Assembly (NCBI GenBank): GCA_964016885.1
Contig: OZ024743.1
Span: forward strand, 291,152,001 to 291,216,000
Reading direction: 5' to 3'
Source: Eledone cirrhosa
Taxonomy: Eukaryota
Length of the DNA stretch: 64,000 bases
Below the pieces are notes generated by a model, which worked only from the letters and a program-made list of their open reading frames with translations, did no database searches and was not told where the DNA came from. Positions within the stretch are counted from its first letter, which is position 1; each line of letters starts with the position of its first letter. This document shows, piece after piece, positions 1 through 11,819 of this stretch. The position numbers and the translations under genes were made by a program.

Positions 1-1850
1 TCCTGAGGGCGGCTGGCTTTGGGCCCGTCTTCAGAGGCTGGATCGCTGCCATGCACAGCGACATCTGCTCTGTAGTGAGAGTGAACGGTCACCTCTCGGA
101 ACCGTTCAACATCATGCGCTCGGTCCGCCAAGGATGTCCCCTCTCGTCCCTATTGTACGTATTGACTCTCGAGCCATTACTGCACAAACTGGAGACGTTG
201 AGGGGGGTCCCGCGCGAACTAGGATGCGGAAGATCCGTGTCAGCATATGCCGACGATGTCACCGTAGTGGTGTTGAACGCCAAACACATCGAGGCGATCG
301 GCACTACACTAAGAGAATACGAAGCGGTGACAGGAGCAATGATCAACCAGGAAAAGTCAGTGGACCTGCAGCTCGGCACCTGGAGAGGCAGGTCCATGCC
401 GTCCAACAGCGTCGTCGGGCGCTGGACGGACGGACCGGTTAAATTGCTAGGGGTCTGTTTCGGTCCAGACCTCCAGACGGACAAAAACTGGGACGAGGTG
501 ACGAGCAGGGTGGCTTCTCTCACCCAGAAATGGGCCGAGAGGAAGCTATCCCTGAAAGGTCGAGCGGAGGTGGCGAATGCGTACATCGCATCCGTCATCT
601 ACTACCGCCTGACCGTCGTACCTTGTCCTAAGCCCCGCCTGACTGCACTGGAGCGTTTGCTCTTTCGCTTCTTGTGGAAGGGACGCGCTCCGATGGTCAG
701 GCGGTCCATCTGCTGTCAACACCCGCTACGTGGAGGGCTGGGCATGCCGTGGCTGATGATGCGCAGACACGCGCTCAGGCTACGACATCTCCACCTCTTC
801 CTCGACGGTGATCAGGTGTGGTCGCCGTTTGCTAGACACGTTTTTCCCCAGCTCGTCTCCTTGACGGAGCTGCAGTCCTGGGTCAAGCGAAGACCGAGAG
901 GGAGCGCTTCGAGACTGGAATGTCTTCAGGCGCTCACAGCCCTCGACCAATCGGGCAATGTGATCGGTGGAAACTCCACCTTGGCGTTCTATAGGGGATT
1001 AGTGGAGGGGAAGAGCGACAACGTACTTGGAGAAACTCTAGGCGTCGACGAAAATCAACTGGCCAATCTCTTCGGAAGGACTTTCGGGCCGGGGCCTATG
1101 GACAACTTCCAGAAATCCCTGGCAGTGCTACCGAGGAGCTTTGCCAGTTCGGGATAAACTCTACAGGCATGGAGGTGCCGTCAGCCGGGCATGTCCGAGA
1201 TGCGCGCAGGGCGACGAAACCGTCCTGCACGCACTCGTCCAGTGTCCGAGCATTGCTGACTTGTGGGTTTATGTCGAACACCTGCTGTCAAGTGTAGGAC
1301 CTATCCGGCTATCAGCTGAGTCCATCGTGAGGATTGCCCCGCCCCCTTCCTTTAGCCTGGAAGGGCAGGCAGTTTTTATCTGTCTGGTGGCCATGGCGAA
1401 AGAGATAGTATGGTGGACACGTTTGAAAGGGCTGAAGACGAGCACTTACCTCTTCGGTGATGCCCTGATTAGCTTTTTCAAATTTCATTTGAAAAGGAAA
1501 ATCAGGGTAGAGAGGTAAGTGCTCTCTTCCCAGCATTTTGTTGAAAGATGGGTGAGAAAAGCAAGTATGGCCCGAATAAATGGGCCTTCTCTGAGTATGT
1601 GTCTGTAAATTAAAGGTGGGAAACTGGGAGAGGGCACTTGCCCTGGTGGTCAGGGCCACTGTGGTCTTTTAATGGGCTTTCTCCACAAATGTCCCTTGGA
1701 AGTCTCCCCCCTATTGGGGAATTTTTCTTTGTTATTTTATTTCAACCTCTGTTTTTTTACACGCAGAAATGCCCATTTGTACCGTCCTGTATTGTCCTGT
1801 ACTGTCCTTAATGTCTACTTTATGTGAACCCTTGTGGTTAATAAAGAAAA
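1..1850 (+). mobile_element. Tx1/L1-clade non-LTR retrotransposon, 3' part (RT C-terminus, CCHC finger, 3' UTR), frameshifted
   Basis: ORF 51-1157 has RT motifs VRQGCPLS and AYADD. ORF 1141-1518 has CPRC-x7-HALVQC. Ends in AATAAAGAAAA at ~1840-1850. Collinear with 13580-15359. Confidence 0.92.
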
Positions 1851-1887
1851 CATTATTATTATTATTATTATTATTGTTATTGTTATT

Positions 1888-3213
1888 CCTTGAATCTCAG
1901 TCATTGATGTTGGTTAACTGGAAAGTCCGTTGGATTGAATATCAAGCCACTACCTGCAGCCTCAGATATTCAGGACGTATCGGAGGGTACTTGCCGTTCC
2001 AAGCAAGCATGCCTTTTGAAGCGTTCCAAAAAGCGTGAAGGGGCCGATTTTCTTTAACCATCCCTGGAAACCTTTGGAGATAGTCCCCAGTGCGCCTATG
2101 ACAATCGGGATCACTTTGACTTCATGGCAGTTCCAAATCCTTTTCACCTCCCACTTTAGGTCCTGGTATCGGTTAATTTTCTCCCTCTCCTTCTCTTGCA
2201 CTCTCGTGTCGAACGGGCAGGCCACATCCACAATCAGGCACGATCTTTTTTCTTTGTCCACAACCACCAGGTCAGGTCTATTGTGTTCCAGTTTTTTGTC
2301 TGTCTGTATCCTAAAATCCCACAGCACCTTCACCTGACTGTTCTCCATCACCGCCTCTGGCCTATGCTCATACCATTTCTCAGAATGTGGTAGATTGTTT
2401 ACTTTGCACAGGTGCCAGTGGATCACCCTGCCCATCACATCGTGTCTCCAGCCCTTATAGTGGGTCTGGGCTAGGTGTTTACACTCGGACACAATGTGAG
2501 CCACAGTCTCCTCTCTCTCTCCACAGATCCTGCACAGTGGGCTAGCCTCCTCCTTGTAGATATGGTGCTTCAACCACTTCGTTTTGAGGGCCTGCTCCTG
2601 CGCAGCCATTAGCATTCCTTCTGTAGCCTTTTTGAGGTCTCCTCTTCTCAACCAGTTCCATGTCTGTGGATCTCTAAATTCAGTTTTCTCAAAGAAGGTA
2701 CTATGAAGGGATTTTCCCTTAAGGCTGCTTTTCCTCCTTGATGTTATTTCCTCCTTGGGTATCCCCTGGCCTACTGTCCCCTCCTTCAGTACAGCTCTGA
2801 GCATTGGCTCCTTACTATAGGTCACGTATTTGTATAGGTTGTTTTTCTCCATCTGAACACAGTCCTCTATGCTGATAAGACCTCTTCCACCCTCAGATCT
2901 CCTTAGGTAGAGTCTATCGACATCACTCCTCTTGTGGAACATGTTGTAGATAGTCAATAGCTTCCTAGTCTTCCTATCCATTTCTTTTTGTTCAGCAACA
3001 TTCCATCTCAGAATTCCCGCACTGTACCTAATAATAGACACAGCTCGGGAATTTACTGCGCTTATGGCATTTCTGCTGTTCAGATGTGACTTCAATACGC
3101 TCCTTACTCTCCGAATGTATTCAGTTCTTAACAATTCCTTCATTTTTTTGTTCTTTATGCCATCAGCCTCCAGAACGCCCAAATACTTGTATCCTTCCTC
3201 AGAGTCAATTTCC

Positions 3214-3214
<1 letters not shown>
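1888..3214 (-). mobile_element. R4/Dong-clade RLE LINE copy 1, 5'-truncated (3' UTR variant A)
   Basis: ORF 1962-3182 has [21 protein letters not shown] and RPD..D..PF..K..Y (PD-D/ExK endonuclease). Flanked by (TAA)n on both sides. Confidence 0.92.
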
Positions 3215-3287
<73 letters not shown>

Positions 3288-3294
3288 GTTATTA

Positions 3295-3649
3295 CTCTTT
3301 GAGTCTCAGTCATTGATGTTAGTTAACTGGAAAGTTTGTTGAAAGGAATGTCAAGCCACTACCTGCAGCCTCAGATATTCAGGACGTAACGGAGGGTTCT
3401 TGCTATTCCCAGCAAGCATGTCTTTTGAAGCGTTCCAAAAAGCGTGAAGGGGCCAATTTTCTTTAACCATTCCTGGAAACTTTTGGAGATAGTCCCTAGT
3501 GCGCCTATGACGATCGGAATCACTTTGACTTCATGGCAGTTTCAAATCCTTTTTACCTCCCACTTTAAGTCCTGGTATCTGTTAATTTTCTCTCTCTCCT
3601 TCTCTTGCACTCTCGTGTCGAATGGGCAGGCCACATCTACAATCAGGCA
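3295..3649 (-). mobile_element. R4/Dong LINE copy 2, short 3' fragment (3' UTR variant B)
   Basis: Matches the 3' ~355 nt of copy 4. Lies between (TTA)n tracts. Confidence 0.9.
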
Positions 3650-3685
3650 TCCATTATTATTATTATTATTATTATTGTTGTTATT

Positions 3686-5376
3686 CCTTGAATCTCAGTC
3701 ATTGATGTTGGTTAACTGGAAAGTCCGTTGGAATGAATATCAAGCCACTACCTGCAGCCTCAGATATTCAGGACGTATCGGAGGGTTCTTGCTGTTCCAA
3801 GCAAGCATGCCTTTTGAAGCGTTCCAAAAAGCGTTAAGGGGCCGATTTTCTTTAACCATCCCTGGAAACTTTTGGAGATAGTCCCCAGTGCGCCTATGAC
3901 AATCGGGATAACTTTGACTTCATGGCAGTTCTAAATCCTTTTCACCTCCCACTTTAGGTCCTGGTATCGGTTAATTTTCTCCCTCTCCTTCTCTTGCACT
4001 CTCGTGTCGAAAGGGGAGGCCACATCCACAATCAGACACGATTTTTTTTTTCTTTGTCCACAACCACCTGGTCAGGTCTATTGTGTTCCAGTTTTTTGTC
4101 CGTCTGTATCCTAAAATCCCACAGCACCTTCACCTGATTGTTCTGCATCACCGCCTCTGGCCTATGCTCATACCATTTCTCAGAATGTGGTAAATTGTTT
4201 ACTTTGCACAGGTGCCAGTGGATCACCCTGCCCATCACATCGTGTCCCCAGCCCTTATAGTGGGTCTGGGCTAGGTGTTTACACTCGGACACAATGTGAG
4301 CCACAGTCTCCTCTCTCTCTCCACAGATCCTGCACAGTGGGCTAGCCTCCTCCTTGTAGATATGGTGCTTCAACCACTTCGTTTTGAGGGCCTGCTCCTC
4401 CGCAGCCATTAACATTCCTTCTGTAGCCTTTTTAAGGTCTCCTCTTTTCAACCAGTTCCATGTCTGTGGATCTCTAAATTCAGTTTTCTCAAAGAAGGTA
4501 CTATGAAGGGATTTTCCCTTAAGGCTGCTCTTCCTCCTTGATGTTATTTCCTCCTTGGACATCCCCTGGCCTACTGTCCCCTCCTTCAGTACAGTTCTGA
4601 GCATTGGCTCCTTACTATAGGTCACGTATTTTTATGGGTTGTTTTTCTCCATCTGAACACAGTCCTCTATGCTGATAAGACCTCTTCCACCCTCAGATCT
4701 CCTTAGGTAGAGTCTATCGACATCACTCCTCTTGTCGAACATGTTGTAGATAGTCAATAGCTTCCTAGTCTTCCTATCCATTTCTTTTTTTTCAGCAACA
4801 TTCCATCTCAGAATTCCCGCACTGTACCTAATAATAGACACAGCTCGGGAATTTACTGCGCTTATGGCATTTCTGCTGTTCAGATGTGACTTACTCTCCG
4901 AATGTATTCAGTTCTTAATAATTCCTTCATTTTCTTGTTCTTTATGCCATCAGCCTCCAGAACGCCCAAATACTTGTATCCTTCCTCAGAGTCAATTTCC
5001 TTTATCATCTCACCTGTTGGTATCTGGATCCCGTTACTTCTGCTCAACCTACCCCTCCTCATCACAATGACTCCACATTTACTAATACCAAACTGCATAC
5101 ATATATCACTGCTGAAAATACGGACAGTGTCAACAAGCACATCCAACTCCTTCTCACTTTTCCCGAAGAGCTTAAGATCGTCCATGAAGAGGAGGTGATT
5201 GATGGTAAGCTCTCCCTTTCCCAACTTGTATCCTGCTCTCACTTTTCGCAGCATAATGGTCAGGGGCATCAGGGCAAGGACAAACAACAGAGGGGACAGG
5301 CTATCTCCCTGGAAGATACCTCTCTTGATCTTCACGCTTCCCAAGGATACTCCAGTTGATGTCAACTCTGTCTCCC
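3686..5376 (-). mobile_element. R4/Dong LINE copy 3, 5'-truncated, frameshifted (variant A)
   Basis: ORF pieces 4032-4625, 4632-4841 and 4880-5365 (QGDSLSP, FMDD). 14-bp deletion near 4890 relative to copy 4. Confidence 0.92.
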
Positions 5377-5440
5377 TATTATTATTATTATTATTATTAT
5401 TATTATCATTATTATTATTATTATTATTGTTGTTGTTATT

Positions 5441-8400
5441 CCTTGAATCTCAGTCATTGATGTTGGTTAACTGGAAAGTCCGTTGGATTGAATATCAAGC
5501 CACTACCTGCAGCCTCAGATATTCAGGACGTATCGGAGGGTTATTGCTGTTCCAAACAAGCATGTCTTTTGAAACGTTCCAAAAAGCGTGAAGGGGCCAA
5601 TTTTCTTTAACCATTCCTGGAAACTTTTGGAGATAGTCCCCAGTGCGCCTATGACAATCGGGATCACTTTGACTTCATGGCAGTTCCAAATCCTTTTCAC
5701 CTCCCACTTTAGGTCCTGGTATCGGTTAATTTTCTCCCTCTCCTTCTCTTGCACTCTCGTGTCGAACGGGCAGGCCACATCCACAATCAGACACGATCTT
5801 TTTTCTTTGTCCACAACCACCAGGTCAGGTCTATTGTGTTCCAGTTTTTTGTCCGTCTGTATCCTAAAATCCCACAGCACCTTCACCTAATTGTTCTCCA
5901 TCACCGCCTCTGGCCTATGCTCATACCATTTCTCAGAATGTGGTAAATTGTTTACTTTGCACAGGTGCCAATGGATCACCCTGCCCATCACATCGTGTCT
6001 CCAGCCCTTATAGTGGGTCTGGGCTAGGTGTTTACACTCGGACACAATGTGAGCCACAGTCTCCTCTCTCTCTCCACAGATCCTGCACAGTGGGCTAGCC
6101 TCCTCCTTGTAGATATGGTGCTTCAACCACTTCGTTTTGAGGGCCTGCTCCTGCGCAGCCATTAGCATTCCTTCTGTAGCCTTTTTGAGGTCTCCTCTTC
6201 TCAACCAGTTCCATGTCTGTGGATCTCTAAATTCAGTTTTCTCAAAGAAGGTACTATGAAGGGATTTTCCCTTAAGGCTGCTCTTCCTCCTTGATGTTAT
6301 TTCCTCCTTGGACATCCCCTGGCCTACTGTCCCCTCCTTCAGTACAGTTCTGAGCATTGGCTCCTTACTATAGGTCACGTATTTGTATAGGTTGTTTTTC
6401 TCCATCTGAACACAGTCCTCTATGCTGATAAGACCTCTTCCACCCTCAGATCTCCTTAGGTAGAGTCTATCGACATCACTCCTCTTGTGGAACATGTTGT
6501 AGATAGTCAATAGCTTCCTAGTCTTCCTATCCATTTCTTTTTGTTCAGCAACATTCCATCTCAGAATTCCCGCACTGTACATAATAATAGACACAGCTCG
6601 GGAATTTACTGCGCTTATGGCATTTCTGCTGTTCAGATGTGACTTCAATACGCTCCTTACTCTCCGAATGTATTCAGTTCTTAACAATTCCTTCATTTTT
6701 TTGTTCTTTATGCCATCAGCCTCCAGAACGCCCAAATACTTGTATCCTTCCTCAGAATCAATTTCCTTTATCATCTCACCTGTTGGTATCTGGATCCCGT
6801 TACTTCTGCTCAACCTACCCCTCTTCATCACAATGACTCCACATTTACCAATACCAAACTGCATACATATATCACTGCTGAAAATACGGACAGTGTCAAC
6901 AAGCACATCCAACTCCTTCTCACTTTTCCCGAAGAGCTTAAGATCGTCCATGAAGAGGAGGTGATTGATGGTAAGCTCTCCCCTTCCCAACTTGTATCCT
7001 GCTCTCACTTTTCGCAGCATAATGGTCAAGGGCATCAGGGCAAGGACAAACAACAGAGGGGACAGGCTATCTCCCTGGAAGATACCTCTCTTGATCTTCA
7101 CGCTTCCCAAGGATACTCCAGTTGATGTCAACTCTGTCTCCCAGGACCCCATACTCCTGCCTAGCAACTGTCTGATGTTATCTGCCACCCTGAAGATCTC
7201 CAGGCTTTTGGTGATCCAGGAATGAGGCACCATGTCAAATGCCTTTCTGTAGTCTATCCATCCCATGGCAAGATCAGTGTGTCTCCTCCTGCAATTCGCC
7301 ATTACCATCTTATCAATAAGTAACTGGTCCTTTGTACCACGTGACTTCTTTCGGCATCCTTCTGTTCGTCCGGTAACAAGTTGTTTGTGTGGAGGTGATG
7401 GTAGATTTCCTCAGACACAATGCTCGTCAACAGTTTCCACATTACGGACAGACATGTGATAGGTCTATAGTTGGTAACATCATTACCCTTGATTCGGTCT
7501 TTCATTATCAGAACTGTGGTACCTTTTGTCAACCACTCTGGCACCTCACCCGACACCAAGCAGTCATTGAACATGGCCGTCAGCTTCGGGTGGAGGGATG
7601 TTAAATGTTTAATCCAATACCCCTGCACACCATCTGGGCCTGGTGATTTCCAGTTGGTTAGTTTTTTGGCCTGCCCCTTAAGAGTTTCAACTGTGATACT
7701 CAAATCAGTTTGTTGTTGTGCCTGCTCACCGATCTCACTCTGTACTGTCTCAATCCACCCTGCCTGGGCATTGTGTCTAACATCCTGCTCCCATATTCCT
7801 CTCCAGAATGTTTTAGTTTGCTCCGCCCCAGGGATCAAGTCGTTGCCTCTTTCTTTCCCCTCAAGCTGTCCAAGCAGCATCTTCTGGTTGTTGTCGAACA
7901 TGCGGTTCTGTTTATACTGACTGACTCTGTTCTCGTATCGCCTGATTTTTGCACTCTTTGCTACAATGCGTTGCTTCAGTTCCTCTATGATAATATTTAG
8001 CTTTTTCCTCCTAGTTTTGTATTTTATTTCCAGTCTATTTTTAGTGCCTATGTTTTTTAGTGTCCCATTCAGTAGTGACTCAAGCTTTCCTATGTCATTT
8101 CTCATTTCCCCGATTTGCCCACTCAGTCGCTTCTTCCACCACGGCTCTGCTCTTTCTTGTCTGTTGTTTCCTCTCGCTTTTATACCAAGTAGTTTCCTCA
8201 CCGTATTTGCTGTTGCTTTGAGGATATTGTTGCACTGGTGAAGGCTCCTCGCCTCAAGGTATGGGATGACTTTGTTTACCTTAGCTGTTGTTTCTGTTAA
8301 CTTTTTCCTGTCTACAAATCTTAGGTTCATAGGTCTCCCACTATCATTGTTCAATTCATCTACCACTAAATTTAGGATGTCAACCGAATATTGTCCTATT

Positions 8401-8960
8401 GTCCTAGCCCTTCAGCATTCATCTCCTCAGTGGCCGTATCTCTGTTCCAGGTATTATTTATCTCAGTATTCAGATCATTGTCTGCTTCGGGTTGTTCCTC
8501 CGTTCTCAGGACCTCTTCACCTTCATTTCCCACTGGCTCGCTTGTCTGGCATACTACACCCGCCATCTCCAAGCCATTCTCTCTGCTCAGTTCCTCCAGT
8601 TCCAGCTCGCTCATCCATCCATTAGTTCTTATTACCCGAGCCTGCCCGGCCAATTTTTGTTCATCTAATTTAAATAAACCAATCTCGTTCCAGATGTTAT
8701 GCATCCGTCTCCTGTAGCCCCTCTCCTTGGGGTTACTTTTCAGGTAACATTGCATAACAGTTCTATTCAATTCTTTCGTCCAGTTGGTTCTGGCCCCTTT
8801 CCTTCTTCTCCTTCCTCCAACATCAGCAGTATTTGGTTGACAGTCAGGTTCCTGCTGCTGAGCCAGGGGGCACCTGTTGGGTGAGAGTCTGTCACATGAC
8901 GTTCTAGTCTCCATTTCACCGTTATTCGAACTGTTTATGTTCGATATTTAAACACTCTTA
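5441..8960 (-). mobile_element. R4/Dong LINE copy 4, apparently full length (~3.5 kb), single ORF broken by about 3 lesions
   Basis: Consecutive ORFs 8396-8914, 7302-8366, 5887-7308 and 5515-5886 give N-terminus, RT (KSPGPDG, YRPITCL, QGDSLSP, FMDD), CCHC and RLE. CAG>TAG near 5888 and two frameshifts. Confidence 0.93.
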
Positions 8961-9000
<40 letters not shown>

Positions 9001-9007
9001 GTTATTA

Positions 9008-9576
9008 CTCCTTGAGTCTCAGTCATTGACGTTAGTTAACTGGAAAGTTTGTTGGAATGAATATCAAGCCATTACCTGCAGCCTCAGATATTCAGGACGT
9101 ATCGGAGGGATCTTGCTGTTCCCAGTAACCATGCCTTTTGAAGCGTTCCAAAAAGCGTGAAGGGGCCGATTTTCTTTAACCATCCCTGGAAACTTTTGGA
9201 GATAGTCCCCAGTGCGCCTATGACAATCGGGATCACGTTGACTTCATGGCAGTTCCAAATCCTTTTTACCTCCCACTTTAAGTCCTGCTATCGGTTAACT
9301 TTCTCCCTCTCCTTCTCTTGCACTCTCGTGTCGAATGGGCAGGCCACATCCACAATCAGGCACGATATTTTTTCTTTGTCCACAACCACCAGGTCAGGTC
9401 TATTGTGTTCCAGTTTCTTGTCCGTCTGTATCCTAAAATCCCACAGCACCTTCACCTGATCGTTCTCTATCACCGCCTCTGGCTTATGCTCATACCCTTT
9501 CTCAGAATGTGGTAAATTGTTTACTTTGCACAGGTGCCAGTGGATCACCCTGCCCATCACATCATGTCTCCAGCCC

Positions 9577-9578
<2 letters not shown>
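9008..9578 (-). mobile_element. R4/Dong LINE copy 5, 5'-truncated (variant B)
   Basis: ORF 9288-9560 encodes the RLE region. 3' UTR shares diagnostic bases with copy 2. Confidence 0.9.
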
Positions 9579-9639
<61 letters not shown>

Positions 9640-9851
9640 GGCGACCTACGTAGGAAATCGTATCATCGTGAGCTCCGCAAAGGGTTTTTTTTTCGTTTTT
9701 TTAAAATTGCCATTTATGGAAAATGTTTGTTCTTAACTATTTATAAGGTCACAAAATTTGCTTTCGGAAAAGGACACTGAAAAAGATTGGGGCCTTGAGC
9801 CCAAAATTTAAACTTTTATAATTATCAAACAAAAACATTTCTTTGAAAAAT

Positions 9852-11785
9852 CATGGACGACTCACAGCCACACCTTCCTCACAAACTAACACCTCACACC
9901 GACACCACCATTGTAAATATTACTACGTTTGCCAACACTAAAAATATAAGCAGTAGCAATAATTGAAATTTGTCTCATGCAGACATTCATTTCCCTCCAT
10001 TACCCATGCCTGCAGGTGTTGAAGCCACCACCCCCACCACCACCAACGCGACAAGAGAAACAAAAGAAAAAATAAATTATCTAGTGACATCGAAATGGAT
10101 TCACCCAGAATGGACTCTTCCACACCGAACACCACTGACGCCATCACCACCACAACTGAAACTAAAAATAACAATAACAACAATAAGGATAACAACAATA
10201 GCAACAACAACAATGAGAATAAGAAAACCACCCTGTCTTTCGCTAGTGCCACAAAAAAGTGCGAAGCAATCCAGGTAACTCAGGAGGAATTAGATGAAGC
10301 CAAGAGAATGGTAAAGAAAGATGGGTTAAAGGTCAGCCCCCACACACACACCTAATAAAATGGAGCATCGGCGCCTGTGCACCGTATCTTATCGGACGAT
10401 TAACATAAAATCGCGCCGAGTGGTACGGGCATCCGAGTCCCAAATCAAAAAAGCTTTGGGACATGTGTGGGCAAAAAAAACCAACATCAGACGTGAGCAG
10501 AAATATGGAACCGTGGACGTGTTCTTTGGGGCACCACAGGAGGCCAGAGAACACTCCATGGCCCCATTAAGAAGTGACGACTTCACATTCGTCCCAAGCT
10601 ATTGTGGCCAGAGACTCGTGAAGATCAGGGTGACCCACGTTCCACAGGCCATCGAAATACCCTGGCTAATGGCTGACATCCTCGCCGGCATCGAGGCGAA
10701 CACCAAGATAATCGAAATAGCGAAAGAAAAGCAGGAGAACTGGTCCGGATGTGGGATGGAACTCCTGATTCAGGCGGACCAAAAAAGCATTGTTGAGATA
10801 CCAGAGGTAATAGACCTCACTGACGGCAGCCACCTCACCGTAATCGTCGAGGGCAGAAGGCCTAGGTGTGTCGTTTGTGGTGAAGGAACCCACCTAAGGG
10901 CTTTCTGACCTCAGGCTAAAAGGTTGAGGCCACCTCTCTTACCCACCCCAGTGACTCAACCATCAACACCACTAGCAGCAGAAATGGCAGCAACAACTGT
11001 AGCAGCCACAACAGTAGCAACAGTAACAGCAACAACCCCAGAAACACTAGCAAAACCAACACCACAACCACCCAACGCTTCAGAACTAGCACCAGCGCCT
11101 ACACCATCCACCACGCCACAACCAAGACCAACGCCTGTGGAGGATTTTTACTCCCCGACCTATCGCAACTGGACACAAATTGTGACGACGAGGAGTGGGA
11201 AACGATATCAGGAAAAAAGAAAAAAAGAAAAAGAAGCCCAAACGTGAAAAATTCTCTTCCTTCCCCCTCCAAAAACAAAATACAGAGGGAAACAAATAAA
11301 CTATCAAACAAAAAAGTTAGGACAGCTATGCCACCATCCACACCAGCATCACCAACCCCATCATCACAAACACCAACACCATCACAATCATTAACCCCAA
11401 CACCACCATCACCGACACCACAAAAGTCACCAAAAAGCGAAACAGAAACAAACCCACAACAAACGCAAACAAAACAAAACAACCAAAACGATACACACTA
11501 CACATCATTAAATTTAACAACCAATTATTACACTACATCCAACACAACACCAGCATCACAGAAAAAGAGTACACAACAATCCAAAAGTTCACAACACCTC
11601 CACACATACATATCACACGCATCACACAGAAAACGTATACGACACTGAAATAAAAATTCCCCAATGACATCGGAGATTTCCGACAAGCACTGTCCAGGAG
11701 GATTTATAAGGATACCCTTCAGGAGGTGGCCACAAACAGTGAAAAGGATGGAGAAACCATCCTTCCTCTACGAGAAGTAAGGTAA
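9852..11785 (+). pseudogene. Tx1 ORF1 (RRM-like region plus CCHC knuckle), disrupted
   Basis: ORF fragments 10095-10355, 10360-10908, 10924-11247 and 11244-11648. Last Cys of the knuckle is read as TGA. Start position uncertain. Confidence 0.7.
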
Positions 11786-11819
11786 GTGGTCTTTCTCATC
11801 TTTTCCACTCCATTTCAAC

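Larger units (their letters stand above)
1852..9639. repeat. (TTA)n microsatellite split into six tracts (1852-1887, 3214-3294, 3653-3685, 5377-5440, 8961-9007, 9578-9639) by Dong insertions
   Basis: Read directly from the sequence. Confidence 0.95.

Noticed and set aside
1852-9639. Repeat-spacer pattern resembling a CRISPR array
   Set aside because: The repeats are microsatellite and the spacers are homologous LINE 3' ends. No cas genes are present and the context is eukaryotic.
10906-10908. TGA at the last Cys of the Tx1 ORF1 zinc knuckle as possible selenocysteine
   Set aside because: The copy has many other stops and frameshifts and no SECIS was recognised. A simple nonsense mutation suffices.
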